Part shown: piece by piece, positions 58,647 to 64,000 of the stretch | Layout: the number at the start of each line of letters is the position of its first letter | Numbering within the stretch: the stretch's first letter is position 1 | Assembly: GCA_051362555.1 (NCBI GenBank) | Contig: CM120641.1 | Location: 32,184,401-32,248,400, forward strand | From: Lingula anatina | Lineage: Eukaryota; Animalia; Brachiopoda | Direction of reading: 5' to 3' | DNA: 64,000 nt | The notes under the pieces: generated by a model | Database searches by the model: none | Seen by the model: only the letters and a program-made list of their open reading frames with translations | What the model was told of the DNA's origin: nothing | Made by a program: the position numbers and the translations under genes

Positions 58647-60369
58647 AATAACCGGACCAAAATCAAACGGTAAACACCGGCAAGCTTTGTCAATTTCACC
58701 AACTTGTTTATTTCAAGAAGTTACAACTTCTTGTTTATTTCAAACAGCGTTGCGCGCAAAGGATTGTGGGTAATATGAGGGTCTAACTTGCCCCGAGTCA
58801 AGGGGGGCAACTAGCCCCGGGTGCACATTATTTATTTTAAGGGATGGCAGCCATTTATGGTGCTAGAATGAGCAACGATGATACATCTCTGTGAAACTTG
58901 AAACAATGAGCTTCAGTTTGATGTCTATACATATCTTATATTCGATCAAAAGCCTATGAAAATAGATTTTTTAATCTCTTAAACAAAATTACTTTTAGGT
59001 GCAAAAATAGTTTATTTGGACTCACCGCTGAATTAAAATTTTTTAACTGCCGACACTTCCTTAGCATTGTAGGCTACGGTCACTTTACAAGAGTATGTGG
59101 CCAATTTTTTTTTTTACCTCGTATGTTACTTTTTCATAAAATGACGGGGGGCCAACTTACCCCGGGGTCCAACTAGCCCCGGTCTCCCCTAATCTCGTCT
59201 CTTATATTACCACTCTGTTTTGAGTTTTTCCTCAACTACGTTTTCTTGTTTTCTTCCTCGGAAGAAACGCCTGGGCATGTGTATGCTTCAAGACACCCAG
59301 AGAGCTATCTCTTTTATGAATGTTCGCCACCGTGTTTGAACTCACTTGTTTTTAATATCGATATCAAAAATAATTTAAGAATACCAATAACATTACCTCA
59401 TGAAATTAGGGAGAGGTATTGAAAAAAATATTAAAGCCTACCACTTTACAGGTCGAATTACCTGTCATTACCTGGTTTGGGGAGTGCGACGGTACGTAAT
59501 TAACAAATTAATTGTTTACGACTTCTAGCTGATCAACAACCGGGCATAATAATTGCACCAGCCATCAGTAGGCATGTCAACTGATGATAGTTAAATCTTG
59601 AAAAATCTTGACCGTCTTCCAATAGAAAAAATAAGATGCCCGTCAATGCAAACTTGAAAAAATCTGACCGTCTTCCGGAAGACCCTAAAGATGGCCTCCA
59701 TCCGCCCCTTTTACGATACATTTTTGCACCCCTGCGTTTAATAAACTACCTCTTAAATGCACTTTGGACTTCTACTGAAAACTAGGTCAATTTCATGAGC
59801 AAAAAGAAACCAAACTCAAAGGACTTGAAAGGAGTAACCCAAATGGTAGGAGAGCTATAATTGTATTTTTTCGTAGGTAAAGACGATAATTACACCCCAA
59901 ATTAATATGTGCACAGAGTAGCTGCATATGTTTGCTTTCGCCGTCCCTAATTGCATATCCCGACTTTTAAGGAGCCTGCCGATACACATGAAATTCAGGT
60001 CATTCAATATAGCTCAGCACCGGTCTTAAATTTTATGGGCACATTCGGGACGTGGAAAGCCAAGTATGTAATTAATTCGTCCACATATTATTTAGGCAAG
60101 AGTTACACGTATGTTTAAACACTAGAAAACAATCGAAATGTCAAGGCTCGCCCACCATTCGGCTTCTTTCTTTAACCCCCACTCCCTCACACTGGTGTAA
60201 AATTTTCAGCGCGAGCTTTTTTTTTATTTTATTTTATTTTATTATTTAGGATTATAATTTCTTTCCACCCGATTGGTTGTCTGGAAAAGAACAGATGAGA
60301 GATGTCTTCTCAGAGTTAAAACAAAATCACATGCAGCTGGAGTATGGCAGATAACGGAGGTAGGTGTTG

Positions 60370-60372
<3 letters not shown>

Positions 60373-60442
<70 letters not shown>
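60373..60442. repeat. (AT)n microsatellite
   Basis: About 35 AT units. Confidence 0.97.
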
Positions 60443-60447
<5 letters not shown>

Positions 60448-61688
60448 CGTTGGTATACTGTACAGATCTTTTCAAACATATGGGTATTTTGAAAAACGTT
60501 TGTTGTATTTATATATAAAATGTACTTTTTTACTCAATCTATCCTAGGAGGGGCGTAATTTTCTCACCGTTTAGACTAATGTTCAATTTTTCTTGTTTGG
60601 ATAGGGAATCAAGTTAATCTGAAGTGAGTGATTTCTGAACTCTCAAGCCTTTATTAGGTTTTCCTTAGTGTAGCGTTTTTGTGTTTACAATTTTAGATGA
60701 AATGCCCAAGCTTTCGGCTTTTATGCCTTTGCCAGGGACTTATACATTTAGTCCTATAGGTTGGGCATTTTTATCCTTTTTATTGTTTTATCAATATTAA
60801 TGCTATTTATTCTTTAAAATTTAAATTTGTTGAAACATGATCAACACGGTTATTAAGAAATATCCTCACAAGTATCATTCATGATTCTGCACTATCGGCG
60901 AATACCATTGAAAGATTTCCAGTATCATCAACTCTGGTCTTTTCAAAGTTCAAACTACTGGTGCAATAAGAAACCATCTGACCGAGCTGAGTTTACTGTT
61001 ACTGCTATGCAATCATTAGTCAAGACTACACTTGATAACTCTAACTCTGCATATCACATGGATGCCTAAATGATGATATTAAACGATATCAGCGTATTAG
61101 CAATACGCTGGGCAGCCCAGAGACTGCCAGATTACTCAAAATTAAAAGCAGCTGCACTGGCTTTCAATTCGAGGCAGAATTTTATTCAAAAATTTGGTTT
61201 TCACACATGCTGCATTTTATAATTTAGCTCCTCCTTGTTCACCAGATCTTATTATACATCGTAGTCCTCGGTGAACTCTAAAAGTCTGGCGACAAACTCT
61301 TACTGAAACTCCCAAAGCTGGGTTAAAACACAAAGTGCCATAGCATTGTAAATTGCTGCACCGATGGCGTGGATAAGCTACCTATTCAACTCAGACAAAT
61401 ATAATTTCAAAGATCAATTAATTGATTATTAAGAACTTAAAACACATTTTAAAAAAGGCTTATTTATGATTTGTTGGCTGAATTTCTGTTGGGTAAGAAG
61501 CTGAAACTAATAATTTAAGTACGTTACAGGGTATTTACTGTTGCTGTAAATGTATGTATACATGCTCGTAGATACCTGTATGTTATTTGTATTATCAGAT
61601 AAGACTCCAGAAAACAGACTGACCTAGACGCTCTTATCACAGAACGTTCAAGTCACGCCACATTAGTACTCTAGCCCTTAGCTTTTAT

Positions 61689-61808
61689 CACCCTGAGTTT
61701 CAGAGATAGAGATCACTGAAAACTCCTTTCTGTTACCAGCATTTCTGCCCCTTCCTAGTATGGGCCTACTGGAAGTGCAAAAGCCGCTGGCATCTGAAAC
61801 TCAGGGTG
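61689..61808. mobile_element. Small inverted-repeat element (120 bp)
   Basis: Perfect 16-bp IR CACCCTGAGTTTCAGA / TCTGAAACTCAGGGTG. A related left end (TATCACCCTGAGTTT...TGT.ACCA) occurs at ~24073-24143. No clear TSD. Confidence 0.55.
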
Positions 61809-61956
61809 CTCCTTATGATATTGCATGGGTTATGATATCGCCTGTTACTCCAATTTTTACCATATACCTTCCATATCTAGCTTTGAAATAAGCAGAATGT
61901 CCTTTTTATTTTTCATAAAAATGTCCTTTTTATTTTTCATAGAACATAACACCAGT

Positions 61957-64000
61957 ATGAAAAAGAAAGAAAGAGACCTGTTGGAGAGAAATCGAGTGGA
62001 CCTGGTGACGGACATATCCGAGCCATCACTCCGCGATATTCTTACTCTTCTTCGCTCTAAAGCTATTTTTACAGTAAATGATTATGATACAGTACTCAGT
62101 GAACACACACAGTCTGCCAAGGCCGAGAAAATGTTAGATCTACTGACGACCAAGGGTTCAGAGGCTTTGCACGTATTTAAAATTGGTCTTAGGAATGCCA
62201 ATCTTCCATTTTTGGCGGACCTTCTCGAAGACGTCGAGGATGAGGATGAACGAGGTACAATAATTATCATACTACATATCATAGTTTCAATATAACAAAA
62301 AGCGAGAGAAAGAGAGGGAAAGGGTATCATGTAATATAGGCTACTGTATGAAAGAAGGGGACTGTATAATATAATAATTATATTTAAACTATTAAATTAT
62401 ATTTAATTATAATTAAATTATTATGATTGAATTATCTGATTTTGCTGAGGATTTATGTATTATATAATTTTTTACTTCTAGAGAACTCCAAAACTTTCAC
62501 TGGTAACAACATTCCTTGGCAGCCGATGCCCGATTATCTCTTTGTGGGTCGGTCAGACGAAATGCTGATACTTGAGCAGAATATGACAGAAAATACAGCT
62601 GGCTGTTTGGTGACTATATCGGCCATGGCAGGATGCGGAAAATCATGTCTTGCTGCCCAATATGCTTGGAAACACGACAAGTGGTATAAGGACGGGATAT
62701 TTTGGATATATTCAGCCTCGGAAGAAACACTAGAGGAAGAGTTTGCAAAACTTTGTAAGTGGGTCCTGTAAATGTATAAGGCAACTTATACTTTACAAGC
62801 TTATAAAAAGTACCCTTGAATTACATATGCACTGAACTGTTTTACTTATTTTTATACTTTTGCTCGTTTCAGATGATGTTATCAAGCAGGGTAAGGGGTT
62901 TGCCAAGGAGAAAGAAGACATTAAAAAGAAAAGGATTCAGGAAGTGAAGAAGTGGCTGAACGATAAAACGAAGTGGTTGATGGTTTTCGACAGCGCTGAT
63001 GATGACAGTTTTCTGCGAAGTATTCCTAGAAATTATCTTCCAAAGAAATTCTTCGGTCATGTTATTATCACAACGCGACTTGAAATCGTTCAACTCCGCC
63101 GACTACTTGTGCAGTACAAGGACACGGTGAAGCTAAAGAGGTTAAGCACAGACGATTCCATCACGTTCTTAACCAGATACACGGCCAGAAAAGACCAGTC
63201 CGAGGAGGAGACAGAAGCTATGAAGGATGTCGTGAATAACATAGCAGGAGGGCTTCCCTTAGCCCTTGCTGAAATGGCTGCCTACGTGAATGAAAAAAAC
63301 TACACCTTTAAACAGTACTGGGAAACCTGGAAGAAGCTCAAGGATGATCCGACCCAGTTCAAACGGCTTATGACCCAAGTTGAAGATGACAAAGCAATTT
63401 CAACCGTCTTTAATGCAAGTTTCCGGTACATCGCGGAGAGGTTTCCATCTGGGCATTACGCTCTCCAGACAGCGGCGTTTTGTAACGCTGGTACCAGCAT
63501 CCCCTTGAAACTGTTCATTCTAGGCCAAGATCAGCTTCAAGAGGATATCCCAGAGGAGGAACAATTAAAACGTATGTTAAAAGATTCCGCCGAACAAGAA
63601 ATCAACCTCCGTGAATTGGTGTCAGCAATAAGAAAACATCAGCTGATATCTGTGCAAGACGATGATGATCTCCACAACCTGACCTTTGTTTGGAATCCAT
63701 TTGTTCAAGATCAAATGAGAGAGTCAATGAGTGATGAAAATAAAATGAAGTGCTTGCGCACCCTTACCCGGATGATGACGGCCATATACCAGCATGGGGA
63801 ACACGACCACATGGACGTGCAGACGATGCTTCTCCCTCACGCAAAAGCCTGCGTCGCCTACCTGGAGACTAAGCGCATTGGTCACGATGGCGAAGAAAGT
63901 ACAAATTTTATCAGCTTGCAATTACATATTGGTGCCTGCTATTCCAGAGTGAATAAATTTGAAGACGCCGACAAATGCTTTCAAAAATGCAGAGAGCTTC
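61957..64000 (+). CDS. CARD - NB-ARC (STAND NTPase) - probable TPR protein, NLR/Apaf-1-like; 3' end outside the window
   Basis: Exons 61943/61957-62254 (CARD-like: LLERNRVDLV..ILTLLRSKAIFT..KAEKMLDLLTTKGSEALHVF..LADLL), 62482-62754 (FVGR, P-loop AMAGCGKS) and 62873->64000 (Walker B WLMVFDSAD, sensor IITTR, AGGLPLAL, LLPHA, TPR-like IGACYSRVNKFEDADKCFQKC). Phases are compatible; an upstream exon is possible. Confidence 0.88.

Larger units (their letters stand above)
53659..59189. mobile_element. pogo/Tc1-mariner-like non-autonomous element (same family as 49693), carrying nested insertions
   Basis: TA|GGGAGACCGG[insertion]GGCTAGT... to ...CCAACTAGCCCCGGTCTCCCC|TA. Internal TIR-like repeats at ~53989 and ~58780-58821. 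Confidence 0.75.

Noticed and set aside
61091-61130. Adjacent short hairpins (CAGCGTATT-AGC-AATACGCTG)
   Set aside because: Could be a Helitron/HINE terminus, but no partner end was found; too short to call.

Overview
AT-rich, intron-containing animal genomic DNA, probably a lophotrochozoan or mollusc-like invertebrate (inferred from gene content and repeat types). Genes in order: a 9-exon group II p21-activated kinase (PAK4/5/6, +); a convergent LAMP5/UNC-46-like membrane glycoprotein (-); an unidentified 2-exon gene (+); ALKBH1 (-); RRP15 (-); DCAF4/WDR21 (+, head-to-head with RRP15); and a CARD-NB-ARC-(TPR) NLR/STAND-type gene that runs off the window end (+). The window is rich in mobile DNA. 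An intact, very young Ty3/gypsy element (identical 98-bp TAG...CTA LTRs, 5-bp TSD) sits 8 nt into a PAK intron. Other elements are a P-like non-autonomous element, nested TIR elements in RRP15 intron 1, two pogo/mariner-like elements whose TIRs were hit by CCGG-targeting Ginger-like elements, a 4-kb Helentron-type (HINE) element with ~160-bp repeats, and a tRNA-Gly pseudogene. The most striking observation is that the LTR element has no tRNA-type primer site; its PBS position is instead complementary to its own LTR, which suggests Tf1-like self-priming. All exon models and alignments were made by eye; no database searches were run.
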